Under the pieces are notes generated by a model. The model worked only from the letters and a program-made list of their open reading frames with translations. It did not search any database and was not told the DNA's origin. 64,000 nt of DNA from Eledone cirrhosa. Lineage: Eukaryota. Both the position numbers and the translations under genes were made by a program. Positions 25,065 to 37,560 of the stretch are shown here, in pieces; positions within the stretch are counted from its first letter, which is position 1; the number at the start of each line of letters is the position of its first letter. Where the stretch lies: NCBI GenBank assembly GCA_964016885.1, contig OZ024761.1, forward strand, positions 8,494,001-8,558,000. Direction: 5' to 3'.

Positions 25065-25404
25065 TATTTATGGGGCTATGGGTGCATGTATGTATGTATA
25101 TATATATATACACATGCACATATATATATATATACCACATACACATATATACATACAGATACACACACACACATATATATATACAGACATATATACACAT
25201 ACATATATATACATGCACACATATACATTTTGCATATATATATATATATATATATAGCAAAACTTTGTGTGTATACACATTTACACTTACAGATATCTAT
25301 ATACGTATGTATACACACATATGTATACATGTGTGTGTGTGTGATATACATATATATACATACACATGTATACATATATATATACATATACAGATATATA
25401 CATA

Positions 25405-25457
<53 letters not shown>

Positions 25458-25521
25458 GTGAGGTTTTTTTTACAAAATGAAAAATAACCGGTGTCCTACA
25501 CGAGTGAAAGTATAAGGAAAA

Positions 25522-25793
25522 AAGATGAAATCGAAAATGCAACTGCAGACTTATTTTTTTTAAATTATATATATTTATTTGGTTCCTTTACCGGTTTCGC
25601 AGTTCTTCTGCTTTTCAGAAGTAGAGTTGAGATGGAGGGTCTGTGGTTTTTCTCACATTTGAGAAAAACCACAGACCCTCCATCTCAACTCTACTTCTGA
25701 AAAGCAGAAGAACTGCGAAACCGGTAAAGGAACCAAATAAATATATATAATTTAAAAAAAATAAGTCTGCAGTTGCATTTTCGATTTCATCTT
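25522..25793. repeat. 272-bp perfect inverted repeat (134-bp arms, 4-nt loop) containing a hammerhead-like motif
   Basis: Arms are exact reverse complements as read by eye. Loop catt at 25656-25659. Confidence 0.95.
25694..25729 (+). ncRNA. Hammerhead-like motif (family B; C3/A8 mismatch)
   Basis: Reads ctt-CTGAAAA-gcag/aagaa/ctgc-GAAA-ccgg-TA-aag. Mirrored in the left arm on the minus strand. Confidence 0.6.
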
Positions 25794-25814
25794 ATTTTCT
25801 GTATTAATATAGAA

Positions 25815-26765
25815 TAACATGTATATACATGTACATATATATATGCATATACATATATATACATACCTATACCTATATATGCATAAACATACATATATAT
25901 ACATATATATACATACCTATATATGCATAAACATACATATATACACATATATACATCTATATATATACACATATACATCTATATATATATACATCTATAT
26001 ATATATACATCTATATATATATACATCTATATATATATACATCTATATATACATATATATATACACATATATATATATATACATCTATATACATATATAT
26101 ATATACACATATATATATATACACATATATATATATATATATATACATCTATATATACATATATATATATATATATATACACATATATATACTCATATAT
26201 ATATACTCATATATATATACACATATATATATACACATATATATACATATATATATATACACATATATATACATATATATATATACACATATACACATAT
26301 ATATACATATATATATATACACATATACACATATATATACATATATATATATACACATATATATACATATATATATATACACATATATATACATATATAT
26401 ATATACACACATATATATACATATATATATATACACATATACATACATATATATATACATGTACATATATATACATGTACATATATATACATATATATAT
26501 ATGTACATATATATATACATATATATACATGTACATATATATAATACATATATCTACACATACATACACCTATATATATATACATGTACATATACATATA
26601 TATATATACATATATCTATACATACATACACCTATATATATATACATGTACATATATACATATATATATATACATGTACATATATACATATATACATATA
26701 TCTATACATACATACACCTATATATAGGTATATCTATATATAGGTATACCTATACCTATGTATAT

Positions 26766-26800
<35 letters not shown>

Positions 26801-26955
26801 CATATATATACACACATGCATATACACACACATGTATACACAAATATATATATACACACATATATATACATATATATATACACACATATATACATATATA
26901 TATACACACATATATACACACATATATATACACATATATATACATATATATATAC

Positions 26956-27014
<59 letters not shown>

Positions 27015-27040
27015 CATATATATATATATACACACACATA
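25815..27040. repeat. TA/TACA/CA microsatellite
   Basis: Simple repeat. Confidence 0.95.
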
Positions 27041-27124
27041 GCTTGACAATTTTGATTTCTCCAAACCAAGCAAGGGGTTTTACAGCCAGATGTCTACCCC
27101 ACCCCCCTCCAGTTTCCGCGACAA

Positions 27125-27236
27125 CTACCTCTGCGCACTGATGAACCCACGACTTCCATCTGGACCCTTCGGTTGACGGACTATGTTGTTGTCGGGACTG
27201 CAGTAATCAAACTGTTGCAGTAGCTTCACAGGTCTG
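27125..27236 (-). CDS. SZRD1: SZRD1 last coding exon (SUZ-C motif)
   Basis: Acceptor ttttcttttctgcag/cag. Encodes (S)[36 protein letters not shown], matching the SUZ-C pattern RQP.GPDGS.GF. Phase fits the previous exon. Confidence 0.93.
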
Positions 27237-27460
27237 CTGCAGAAAAGAAAAACAAAAAAAAAAATGGGTGAGAAAAAAAAAAAAGGTTTTTATTTTTTAT
27301 TTTAATTTGTTGTTTATTTTTCATCTACATGAATCTATGGCAATTTTACCAATCTCCCCTCTCATAAACCTCCCCTATACTTATCTCCCCAATTTCTCAA
27401 AGCATCTTCCCCACCCCTCCTCCCAAGTTTCCAACCTCCTCCATAAAGTGATCTCCCTTG

Positions 27461-27843
27461 GAGCCACGACAAAAAGCACCCAGTACACACTGTAAAGTGG
27501 TCATGTAAGTGTCACAACAAAAAGCACCCAGTACACGCTGTAAAGTGGTCATGTAAGTGTCACAACAAAAAGCACCCAGTACACGCTGTAAAGTGGTCAT
27601 GTAAGTGTCACAACAAAAAGCACCCAGTCCACGCTGTAAAGTGGTCATGTAGGTGTCACAACAAAAAGGCTCCCAGTCCACACAGTAAACGTGGGTGGCA
27701 TTAGGAAGGGCATACAGCCATAGAAACCAAGCCAAAATCAGTTCTTTGTGATGAAATCACGGTCCCCCCGATGTGACCCTTCCATGAAGAGACAGCCCAT
27801 CCTACCCATGCTAGCGTGGAAGATGGATGTTAAATGATGAGGA
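27461..27843 (+). mobile_element. RTE 3'UTR fragment with about 4.5 tandem 48-bp units
   Basis: Unit tgtaaagtggtcatgtaagtgtcacaacaaaaagcacccagtacacgc, followed by the RTE tail. Confidence 0.8.
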
Positions 27844-27996
27844 TATGTTATAGTTCACACGTATAGTTTTAGCTGGCCTCCTGTGAGGTTATATATGATA
27901 GAAGTGACAGTTCTATGGTATTACAGTTCACACCTATGTAGATTTAGCTGGCTTCCTATATCATAGGAGATTTCTTAGGTGTTATAAAGATGGAGG

Positions 27997-28109
27997 CTAT
28001 CATATTGTTGGTACATTTCACACCTTTGTAGCTTTAGCTATGAAGGAGGTTTCTTTATAGGAGGTCAGCTAAAGCTACAAAGGTGTGAAATGTACCAACA
28101 ATATGATAG
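27997..28109. repeat. 43-bp perfect inverted repeat with a 27-nt spacer
   Basis: ctatcatattgttggtacatttcacacctttgtagctttagct followed by its exact reverse complement. Confidence 0.9.
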
Positions 28110-28406
28110 GTTTCTTCAGTGCTATAATAATAGGGATTTCACTCTTATCATGTTATAGTTCACATCTCTATAGATTAGCTGGACTCTTTAAGAATTGGAG
28201 CCCAGTCGTGTCATGAAAAGCAGTGTGAAATGATGTTTTTCAGAAGATGTAAGAACCCCAAACAGAGAAAACAACAGCAAAGGCAGCCTAGAAAATCGGA
28301 TAAAACATCCCCTATGGACGTGTTAGCACCTGCTCCGTTTTTGCAGGTGTTTTCTGCATTTGGGGGTTTCCAACATTTTCTAAAAAATTAGAATTTGCTC
28401 AGCGCT

Positions 28407-28977
28407 TTAACCCTTTAGCGTCTAAACTGGCCGTATCCGGCCAGTATTCTCCCAACTCTTTCTGTTCAAATCGGCCAATACTGACCACTCATACTGATGT
28501 TAAGGTATTGTTCTCAAAATAAATAATATCAAAATCTCATAGATTCGATATTATGTGAGATTATTATGTGAGGTAAAGCCTTTACTGTGAAAATACAATA
28601 GTATCATTCATCATTTCATTTTACGTCCGCTTTTCCCTGCTTGCAAGGGTGGGATGGGAACTGATTCTGGCTGGATTTCTACAGCTGGATGCCCTTCCTA
28701 ACACCAACCTCCTTTACAGTGTGGGCTGGGTGCTTTTTTGCCGTGGCACCTCCACGACCACTTTGCAGTGGAATGATAGGGACCCCAGTCCCTATCATCT
28801 CATTTCTACAGCGGAGTAAACTGGAGCAATGTGAAATAAAGTGTCTTGCTCAAGGAAACAACACATCACCCGGTCTGAGAATTGAACTCACAACCTTTCG
28901 ATTGCAAGGCCAATGCTCTAACCACTAAGCCATGTGCCTCCAGTATATATAGAGTAATGTAAATGGTAAGGGGTTAA
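28407..28977 (+). mobile_element. piggyBac-type MITE flanked by TTAA and interrupted by a SINE
   Basis: ttaa-ccctttagc...gtaaatggtaagggg-ttaa. Ends resemble those of the 30236-32680 element. Confidence 0.75.
28605..28941 (-). mobile_element. tRNA-derived SINE family 1, nested in the MITE
   Basis: Reverse complement of 22644-22977, flanked by agtat on both sides. Confidence 0.9.
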
Positions 28978-30235
28978 TAGTGAAATGAGGTGGAATTGAA
29001 CCCAGAAACTTATGATCCTGAGTCCAACAGGCACCTTCAAAATCCTCAACCAGAAACTGATCTGTTTCTGGATCCCAAGGCCTTGAGTTAAGGCAAAAGC
29101 AGTCAGCACAAGGCTAAGTCCTGGCATCCCCATGTTAAGGTGAAGGTTGTCAGCACAAGGTCAGATACCAGGACCTTGAGTTATGGTGAAGGCTGTCGGC
29201 ACAAAGCTGGATCTCTTTCAACTATTGCAGATACCTTGTGCAAACCTATAATGGAAGATATTCTTTGTCCATTCCTACCACACTCTACCTTGGTAAAATA
29301 TAACAAACTTATGATGGTCACAGCTGGAATGCTTTTGATCAAAAATCTGCTCAGTTAGGGTTGACCTGGGGCTAAATAACTGTTTCTGATTTAGGCACAA
29401 GGCCAATAATTTTAGGGGAGGGGAATGTTGATTAAAGTGACCCCAGTGCATTACTGGTGCCTTATTTTATTGCCATCATAAGGATGAAAGGCAAAGCTAA
29501 CCTCTGCGGGATTTCAACTCAGAACATTAAGGGCCGTAACTATGCTGCAAAGCATGGTGCCCGACCCTCTACCGATACTGCCAAATAATTACAGCAAATT
29601 ATGAATCGGTCAGATGAAAAGCAGACTTGCTAAAGATCCAACAAAATATTTTCATTTCACAGCCCTAATAGTGCTACAATGATGATGATTGTTCCTACTT
29701 TCGGCACAAGGCCAGCAATTTGAAGGGAGTGGAAAAGTCGATTAAATCAACCCCTTGGTACTTTATTTTATCGATCTTTTCACTTACAAGCCTTTGGTTG
29801 ATCCAAATACAATGGTATGACACTTGCTCAAGATGCCACAAGGTGGGACTCTACTTGGGATCTCATGATTGCAAAGCAGATATCTTAACCTCTGCAGTGC
29901 CGTAGATGAGATCACTCGTCCTAACATGTTTGAACCCTTTTCCAAAAGTTCATAATAATATCAAAGTTATGAAATCATTTCCAACAACTAGTAACCCCAT
30001 CTAACTTGAAAACTAGATAGGGTTACTAGTTTATTGATGTGACGTTTGTCAACCATTCTGATATGTGTTGTTAATAAATGTTTGTTTAAAGAAAAGTCAT
30101 TTTACTGTAGCTGGGTAAAATACACGTGGCAGTCAACACGTTAATCTTAGCCATGCCTGGATGACCATAGCAACTGCTGAGCCATCAATCTATATATAGT
30201 GACTAGACCTACTGGAAACAACAGCTAAGTTTCCA

Positions 30236-32680
30236 TTAACCTTTTAGTGTTCAAACCGGCCAAATCCAAATGAAATTATTCCACCTTTATTTGTTCAAAC
30301 CAGCAGAAACCGGCCAAAGACACCCACACTAAGATATCATTCTAAAAACAAACAATAACGTCATCAAAATCTCGATGATCCGAGATTACTGCGAGATAAG
30401 GCCTCTACCACGAAAAATAACACTTAATATAGTGAAATAACTTGAAACAACACGTTTTTTAACGCTGGAAGTACGACAAATTTTTGGTGTGTATCAACAT
30501 GGCTTGTGAAAGTAGCGATACCGACTTTGAAGGTTTTACACACGACGACATTAAAAATGAAGAAGAAACAAAAGATAATATCAGTGATTTATCTTCAAAT
30601 GAATCAGATGTATATAACTCTGAATTTTCATCCGACGATGATTGTTGTTTTGATAGTGAAAGCAAAGATCTCCAGGACCCTATTGAAAATGTTACAGCAA
30701 TGTGGTCAAAAAACACCACACCAATACATGTTCCCGATTTTATTGAAAATACTAGTCCACAACACATATTACCTCCCGATGCTAAAGCACTGGATTTCTT
30801 TTTCTTTTTGCCTCAAACTTTCTTCGAAATTATGGCAAAAGAGACAAATCGATGCCCAACAAATTTCAAATCAAGGAAACCCCACTCTATTATGGTGACC
30901 AACAGATGCTGTGGAAATTCAAGCAATTTTTACCATAAATATAATGTTCAGTATAGAGCAATTTCAAAGACTGGAATTACCGGAGTGCTGATATAAGGTT
31001 TATATCAAGTATTATGCCGAAAACAAGGTATTTCAAATTAGATCAGTATTTGCACCAGGATCCTCTCTATAAAATTCGACCATTAATTAAAATATTATCT
31101 GAAAAATTTTGAACTGTTTTATATACCTGGAAAAAATCTGTGTTGTTGAAGCAATGATTGGGTATAAGGATAGAGTACATTTCAGACAGTATATGCCAGC
31201 TAAACCCACCAAATGGGGCATCAAGGTGTGGGAACTCTGTGAATTGGACACAGGCTACTGTACAAACTTTGATATTTACATGGGGAAAAAACATGGATTG
31301 GGGTACGATGTGTGGTCTCTAGCTGAACCCTTCCACTTTCAACACAGACACACATATTTTGACCATTTTTTTTCTTCAGTGCTTCTGGCAGAGGATCTTG
31401 CCCTCATAAATATGTACACCTGCAGTACAATAATGGGGAATCGCAAAGGGCTACCCCAAGAAATAAAAATAATGAAATTTTAAAAAAGAAGGAACATTCT
31501 CCAGGTGCAAAAAGGGAACATGCTAGCCACATCGTACAAAGACAAATAGCAAATTTTATTCCTATCTTCTAACCAATAACCAGGTGTTGGGGTTGAAGGT
31601 AAACCTTTAGTTAACCTCTCTTACAATAAATACATGGGCGGGGTTGACAAATCCGACCAATATTGTGCGTATTACCCAGTTGGACACCCTGGAAAAAATG
31701 GAGGAGATATATTTTGTGGTCTTTAGTGAATTTAACCATTGTGAATTCTTTTATTGTATTCACTAAAAGCCACAAGGGTCCGCCACCACCAAAGGACTAC
31801 TGCCACATGAAATTTCGTGTGGACGAGAATATACTTCTCACAAACACAGACCTGGGAGAAAATCAAAATTATCTGAGGTGAACAAAGAAAATATTGATTT
31901 TCATAAAGTGGAGAAAATTAATGGAAGGAAGGTTTGCCAAATATGCTCTTTGCAAAAAAGAAAACCCACTAAAGGTTACCAAATTGAAACCTCTTTTATG
32001 TGTTCCTTTTGCAAAGTGCCATTATGTAAAGGGTGTTTTGGCCAATTCCATGACAGAAATATTGTCTGACAATATAAAAAAAATATTGGAACACATTATA
32101 TGCGAAGACACCTGCATCACACCTGTTAATGAACTTATATATTGGGCACATTCTTTTATATAAATTTACTGAGTACATTGCCAATATTATTTTAAATGGT
32201 GAAAGGGTTTTATACTTTTTTTTTCAATGAAAATATTTGCATTGAATGTAGAGAAAGAATAAAACCTTGAACTAATTATACCTGCATTTTAAATTAATTC
32301 ACCTGTTCGGAAAAGTGCTAAAATTGTTGGAAATCAACATCTCGGTCATTGTTGGATAATTTTTGTAACAAATCTTACAGGTAAGGCAAATAAAGTTTAT
32401 ATTTTTGTGTTTATCCATAAAGTCATTACTTTTACACCTGTTAATTAATTTCACCTGCCCAAAAAAGTCAAATTTAATTTTTTTTTAAATCAGTTAAAAA
32501 TAGATAATTGTAAATTATTGATATTTAAACATCTGACAAAATTTCAAGTCTGCACATAAAAAATTAAGAAAATTACAAACAAATATATTTGATAACCTTC
32601 TTGAGTATAATTAATTCAAAATAATGTGGAATAGATAAATATGACATTTGACAAAGTAATGTAAATGCTAAAGAGTTAAA
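30236..32680 (+). mobile_element. Decayed piggyBac DNA transposon with both termini
   Basis: TTAA at 30236-30239 and 32677-32680, imperfect short TIRs (ccttttag / ctaaaagag), and internal transposase remnants. Confidence 0.85.
30499..32069 (+). pseudogene. piggyBac (PGBD4-like) transposase pseudogene
   Basis: Acidic N-terminus; FRQYMPAKPTKWGIKVWELC; YNKYMGGVDKSDQ; KKWRRYILWSL...NSF; C-terminal CxxC...CxxCxxxLC..CF..FH. Broken by frameshifts and stops. Confidence 0.9.
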
Positions 32681-32806
32681 TCACACACACTGTCTTAAAA
32701 ACAGAAAGACAAGCTGAACTATGTAGACCTACGTATAGTGATATTGGAAGTCATCTCATTCCATTTCTCTTCACAACATTCACCACGATAAATAATAAAC
32801 TCATAC

Positions 32807-32938
32807 CTATTGTCTGAAGGCAATTGTGTCTGTTGTCCATCATAGCCAGTTGCACATCCCATGATCCTCAGTCTGGCCTCAGCATATTCAGCTTCTCGCT
32901 GCTCCAATGTCTTCAACGGACGATTAATGGAAACATTG
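32807..32938 (-). CDS. SZRD1: SZRD1 exon (SUZ domain C-terminal half)
   Basis: ttctattccag|...|gtatga, 132 nt. Encodes NVSINRPLKTLEQREAEYAEARLRIMG..., matching the SUZ hallmark KSL.QREAEYAEAR.RI.G. Confidence 0.95.
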
Positions 32939-33075
32939 CTGGAATAGAAAGAATCAAGAAAAACTAATAAACTGTATTCCTCAACACATGACCCAACCAT
33001 CTCATTCCATTTCTCTTCACAACATTCATCTTTCCTCAACACATGACCCAACTAATTCGTTCACTTGCTCTATTC

Positions 33076-33380
33076 CAGTGATTCCCAACATGGGGTGCCA
33101 GCCCCACAGGGGAACAGTTTGAATATTCAAGGGGGCAATTTGTAAATGATGTTAATGAGAGCAAACTTCAGGTTTTACCTTATTACTTTTACACCAAGTC
33201 AACTTTGGAACAAATTACTGTCAGAAGCTCCTAGCTCACCTCCTCCACATGTTATTGTACATCTGGCATCACCCATACGCCAATTTGTTTACACTTTGTA
33301 GTTAATCATCTCAATGTAGGGCATATAAGTATTTGAAATGTTGAGGTGGACCATGGGGCACAAAAGGTTGAGAACCACTG
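33076..33380. mobile_element. hAT/Charlie-type MITE inserted into an old RTE fragment
   Basis: TIRs cagtgattcccaac / gttgagaaccactg, with ctattc on both flanks. Confidence 0.65.
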
Positions 33381-33560
33381 CTATTCCCATCATCAACTGC
33401 AATTCATTGTTTATCTTCCTCTCCACTGGACCATTCTCTTTTCTGTTCTTTCCAGCCTTCTCTGTTGCTTCATGCTCATCACCCATAGTGTGTTCCTATA
33501 AATATATCTTACCAAAATAAAACTGCTTGAATTTATGGTTAAGACAAGCAAGGGACTCAC

Positions 33561-33677
33561 TTTGCTGAATTACCAGTTCTGTTGGTTGTAGCACCAGTGC
33601 CAGGCTGTCGTTTCAAAATCTTCACTTGAGGTTGGTAAGCGGTTCTCAGGGAGTCTTCTTGCAGTGGGGCCAATAAC
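33561..33677 (-). CDS. SZRD1: SZRD1 exon (SUZ domain N-terminal half)
   Basis: ttcgttctgtttaag|...|gtgagt, 117 nt. Encodes LLAPLQEDSLRTAYQPQVKILKRQPGTG... (PQ..ILKR motif). Phase 2 at both ends, matching neighbours. Confidence 0.93.
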
Positions 33678-34086
33678 CTTAAACAGAACGAAGAGAAAGG
33701 AAATTTAGAAAGACTAGTGGGAAAACAGTAAAAAGAAACAAAAAACTTGGAAGATTATGTGTGTTTGTATATATATATATATATATATATATACATAGGT
33801 TTTGGTGAGTGAGACAACACAGAGTAAAGATGACTTTTCAGTTACATCAAGTACTTTAGTGCTGGTGTCACAATAAAATGCAGTAGGTACATTTTGTAAA
33901 ATAGTTTGTGTTAGGAAGGGCATCCAGACATAGAAACCATGACAAAATATGGAACATACAAGCTATGCTTAGTTCCTGACCAAACTAAGAAGTCAGTAAC
34001 TCCAAATATGGACTAACTCAGACGGTGACGACCTAACTAATCGATGCCAACGTATGAGGAAAATTAGGATAATTTAAAATCCTTAC

Positions 34087-34151
34087 CGATTCACATTATG
34101 AGTTTTGGCTTTCATGTTTTCATTGAACTCCTTGAGTTTTTTATCGAAAAC
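34087..34151 (-). CDS. SZRD1: SZRD1 exon (probable exon 2)
   Basis: tttttctatttcaag|...|gtaagg, 65 nt. Encodes VFDKKLKEFNENMKAKTHNVN(R); CG+G joins the next exon in frame. Confidence 0.85.
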
Positions 34152-34681
34152 CTTGAAATAGAAAAAAAAACACAGGAAAATTAACAATAAAGGTAGATGG
34201 TATGGTTCGTTTTTGGTTCCCTCATCATGTCTCAGTTTCAGTGGTCTTTTTGTGCCAATCACCAAACTGGTATTTTGTCAAACCCACAAAGACTAGGCTT
34301 TTTTTAGAGGCAGCCTTTACTTGCCTGGTAGTAGCTACGTTGCTGGGTTGTGAGAGTTTTGTTGGGAGCTGCAGGTGTCACCCGTTGTTCCATCTCCCCT
34401 AATAGTTTACCGTTGTTGGTTCGAGGTTGCTTATCTGCCCGGCAGTTGCCCGTTTATATCGGAACTAGCCATCAAATCTGTTTGGAGACAGTTGCTTCTG
34501 ACAGGACCCACTGAAAGGAGTGTTTGCGGACTCTGCCTCCATGACCCTCACAGGAATAAGTGAGAGAAGAGAAGGTAAATGGTACAAAATACATCAATTA
34601 TATTTTTTTTTGAGAATCACAGGAGTTTAAATTTCATGAATAATAATAAGAGAAAATCTTTATCACCAGGGTTGGCACCGA

Positions 34682-36022
34682 GTATTTAGCCCTTTAGACT
34701 AGCCCTACAACATGTACCTGGGTATTTAGTACCTTAGACTAGCCATACAATGTGTACCTGGGTATTTAGTACCTTAGACTAGCCCTACAACATGTACCTG
34801 TGTATTTAGTACCGTAGACTAGCCCTACAATGTGTACTTGGGTATTTAGTACCTTAGACTAGCCATACAATGTGTACCTGGGTATTTAGTACCTAGGATA
34901 GCCATACAATGTGTACCTGGGTATTTAGTACCTTAGACTAGCCCTACATGTACCTGGGCATTTAGTACCATAGACTAGCCATACAACGTGTACCTGGGTA
35001 TTTAGTACCTTAGACTAGCCCTACAACATGTACCTGGGTATTTAGTACCTTAGACTAGCCATACAATGTGTACCTGGGTATTTAGTACCGTAGACTAGCC
35101 ATACAATGTGTACCTGGGTATTTAGTACCTTAGACTAGCCATACAATGTGTACCTGGGTATTTAGTACCTTAGACTAGCCATACAATGTGTACCTGGGTA
35201 TTTAGTACCGTAGACTAGCCATACAATGTGTACCTGGGTATTTAGTACCTTAGACTAGCCCTACAATGTACCTGGGTATTTAGTACCGTAGACTAGCCAT
35301 ACAATGTGTACCTGGGTATTTAGTACCGTAGACTAGCCATACAACATGTACCTGGGTATTTAGTACCGTAGACTAGCCATACAATGTGTACCTGGGTATT
35401 TAGTACCTTAGACTAGCCATACAATGTGTACCTGGGTATTTAGTACCTTAGACTAGCCATACAATGTGTACCTGGGTATTTAGTACCGTAGACTAGCCAT
35501 ACAATGTGTACCTGGGTATTTAGTACCTTAGACTAGCCATACAATGTGTACCTGGGTATTTAGTACCTTAGACTAGCCCTACAATGTGTACCTGGGTATT
35601 TAGTACCGTAGACTAGCCATACAATGTGTACCTGGGTATTTAGTACCTTAGACTAGCCATACAACGTGTACCTGGGTATTTAGTACCTTAGACTAGCCCT
35701 ACAATGTGTACCTGGGTATTTAGTACCGTAGACTAGCCATACAATGTGTACCTGGGTATTTAGTACCTAGGATAGCCATACAATGTGTACCTGGGTATTT
35801 AGTACCTTAGACTAGCCATACAATGTGTACCTGGGTATTTAGTACCGTAGACTAGCCATACAACATGTACCTGGGTATTTAGTACCTTAGACTAGCCATA
35901 CAACATGTACCTGGGTATTTAGTACCTTAGACTAGCCATACAATGTGTACCTGGGTATTTAGCAACTTAAGCTAGCCATACAATGTGTACCTGGGTATTT
36001 AGCAACTTAAGCTAGCCATACA
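34682..36022. repeat. 40-bp minisatellite, about 33 copies
   Basis: Unit tgtacctgggtatttagtacc(t/g)tagactagcc(a/c)tacaatg. Period 40 seen at 35351/35391/35431. Confidence 0.97.
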
Positions 36023-36057
36023 ATCTCTACAATGCGTGCCTGAATACTTTGCCATAC

Positions 36058-36425
36058 ATGACCACTTCACAGTGTGGACTGGGTGCTTTTTGCCGTGACA
36101 CCGACACAACCACTTCACAGTGTGGACTGGGTGCTTTTTGCCGTGACACCGACACAACCACTTCACAGTGTGGACTGGGTGCTTTTTGCCGTGACACCGA
36201 CACAACCATTTTACAGTGTGGGCTGGAGGCTTCACTGGGTGTATGTACAGGAGTGGGTGGGGCTGGTGCATATTATACATATGCTTCATCTTTGGCCTGT
36301 GCCCATGGGTAATCGGGTCTTTCGTGTTACTGCATCACACCAAAAATCCTGGTCCAGTGTCATTGCTTATGAGGTCCAATTGGGCAAGGTCAGCTTTTAT
36401 TACCTCGTCCCAAGTCTTCCTGGGT
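36058..36425 (-). mobile_element. RTE C-terminal/3'UTR fragment with 48-bp repeats
   Basis: Reverse-strand homology to 6540-6810. Confidence 0.75.
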
Positions 36426-36682
36426 ATATAGCTTTCACTTATAAATTATATTAATTCTTAACATCCTGTTAGTTCATTGTCAAAACCAAAAGGATCAATC
36501 AGTTACAAGATCGAAATTGGTATGTCTTCTGTAGTAATAAAGTCATGAAATAACCAGGGTCGACATAACCATTAAGACCAACTAAGCAGCTACTAAGGGC
36601 ACAGGCAGGCCTCAGAGAGGTGCATTACTGACCCTTAAAGGATCAGTTTTATATTTAAATTTGTATCATTAAGTTAAATAAA

Positions 36683-36998
36683 AGTGGTTGTGTTGGTGAC
36701 ACGACAAAGAGCACCCAGTCCACTCTGTAAAGTGGTTGCATTGGTGACAACAAAGAGTGCCCAGTCCATCCTGTAAAGTGGCCGTTTTGGTGCTATGACA
36801 AAAAGTACCTAGTCCATGCTGTAAATGTGGTTGGCATTAGGAAGGGTGGGCATCCAGCCATAGAAACTAAACCAGAAACAGTTCTGTATGAGCAAGACAG
36901 TCATCTGATCTGGCTTGTCTCACACTGAGACAACTCATCTAACTCATGCTAACGTAAGAAAATGGACAGAAAACGGTGATGATGATGATGATGATGAT
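36683..36998 (+). mobile_element. RTE 3'UTR fragment
   Basis: 48-bp units, ttaggaaggg...catccag, and a (gat)n tail. Confidence 0.75.
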
Positions 36999-37560
36999 AC
37001 TTTCCTGTGATCAATAAATATTTGTTTGGGAGAATTTATTTGTGTAATAGTAATATACGTCAACAAGAAAGCATAAACGCACTGAGAGAGAAACTAAGCA
37101 CAAGAGGAATCAGATGCAGTGTGCAGGAGAGGAGATAGCAACTGTATAAAAAGGTGCAGAACTTGGGAACTCATGATTGTGAAGTGAACTTCTTAACCAT
37201 TTAGCCATGCTCTATCCACAAAATCTACTCTCATTGAATAATATCTCTGACTAAAGACAGTCCATTTTTTTGGTTTATTTTGGAGTTTTTTTCCGAACCA
37301 AAGGACTAATTTATCTACGTCTTCCCCTGGGTGGGGGTAGTGGGGCAGTTTGAGGGGAATTTGGTTGTTATTTCTAGCAGACTGTGCAACCATGTAGATG
37401 TCACCACTGCAACTAATAGAAAGATATGATGATAATTTATATAACTATATAAAATTCTTTGTCTCTCAAGTCATTTCAAAATGGCTCGACCAAATCAAAT
37501 CAAATTTTATTAGACCCCTGGAGTGACAACATATTTTTATTTTCATTTAGATTAATACAA

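Noticed and set aside
30499-32069. Domesticated PGBD gene
   Set aside because: Multiple frameshifts and stops plus retained transposon termini indicate a decaying element.
34682-36022. CRISPR-like appearance of the 40-bp array
   Set aside because: Head-to-tail repeats with no unique spacers and no cas genes, in a eukaryotic context.
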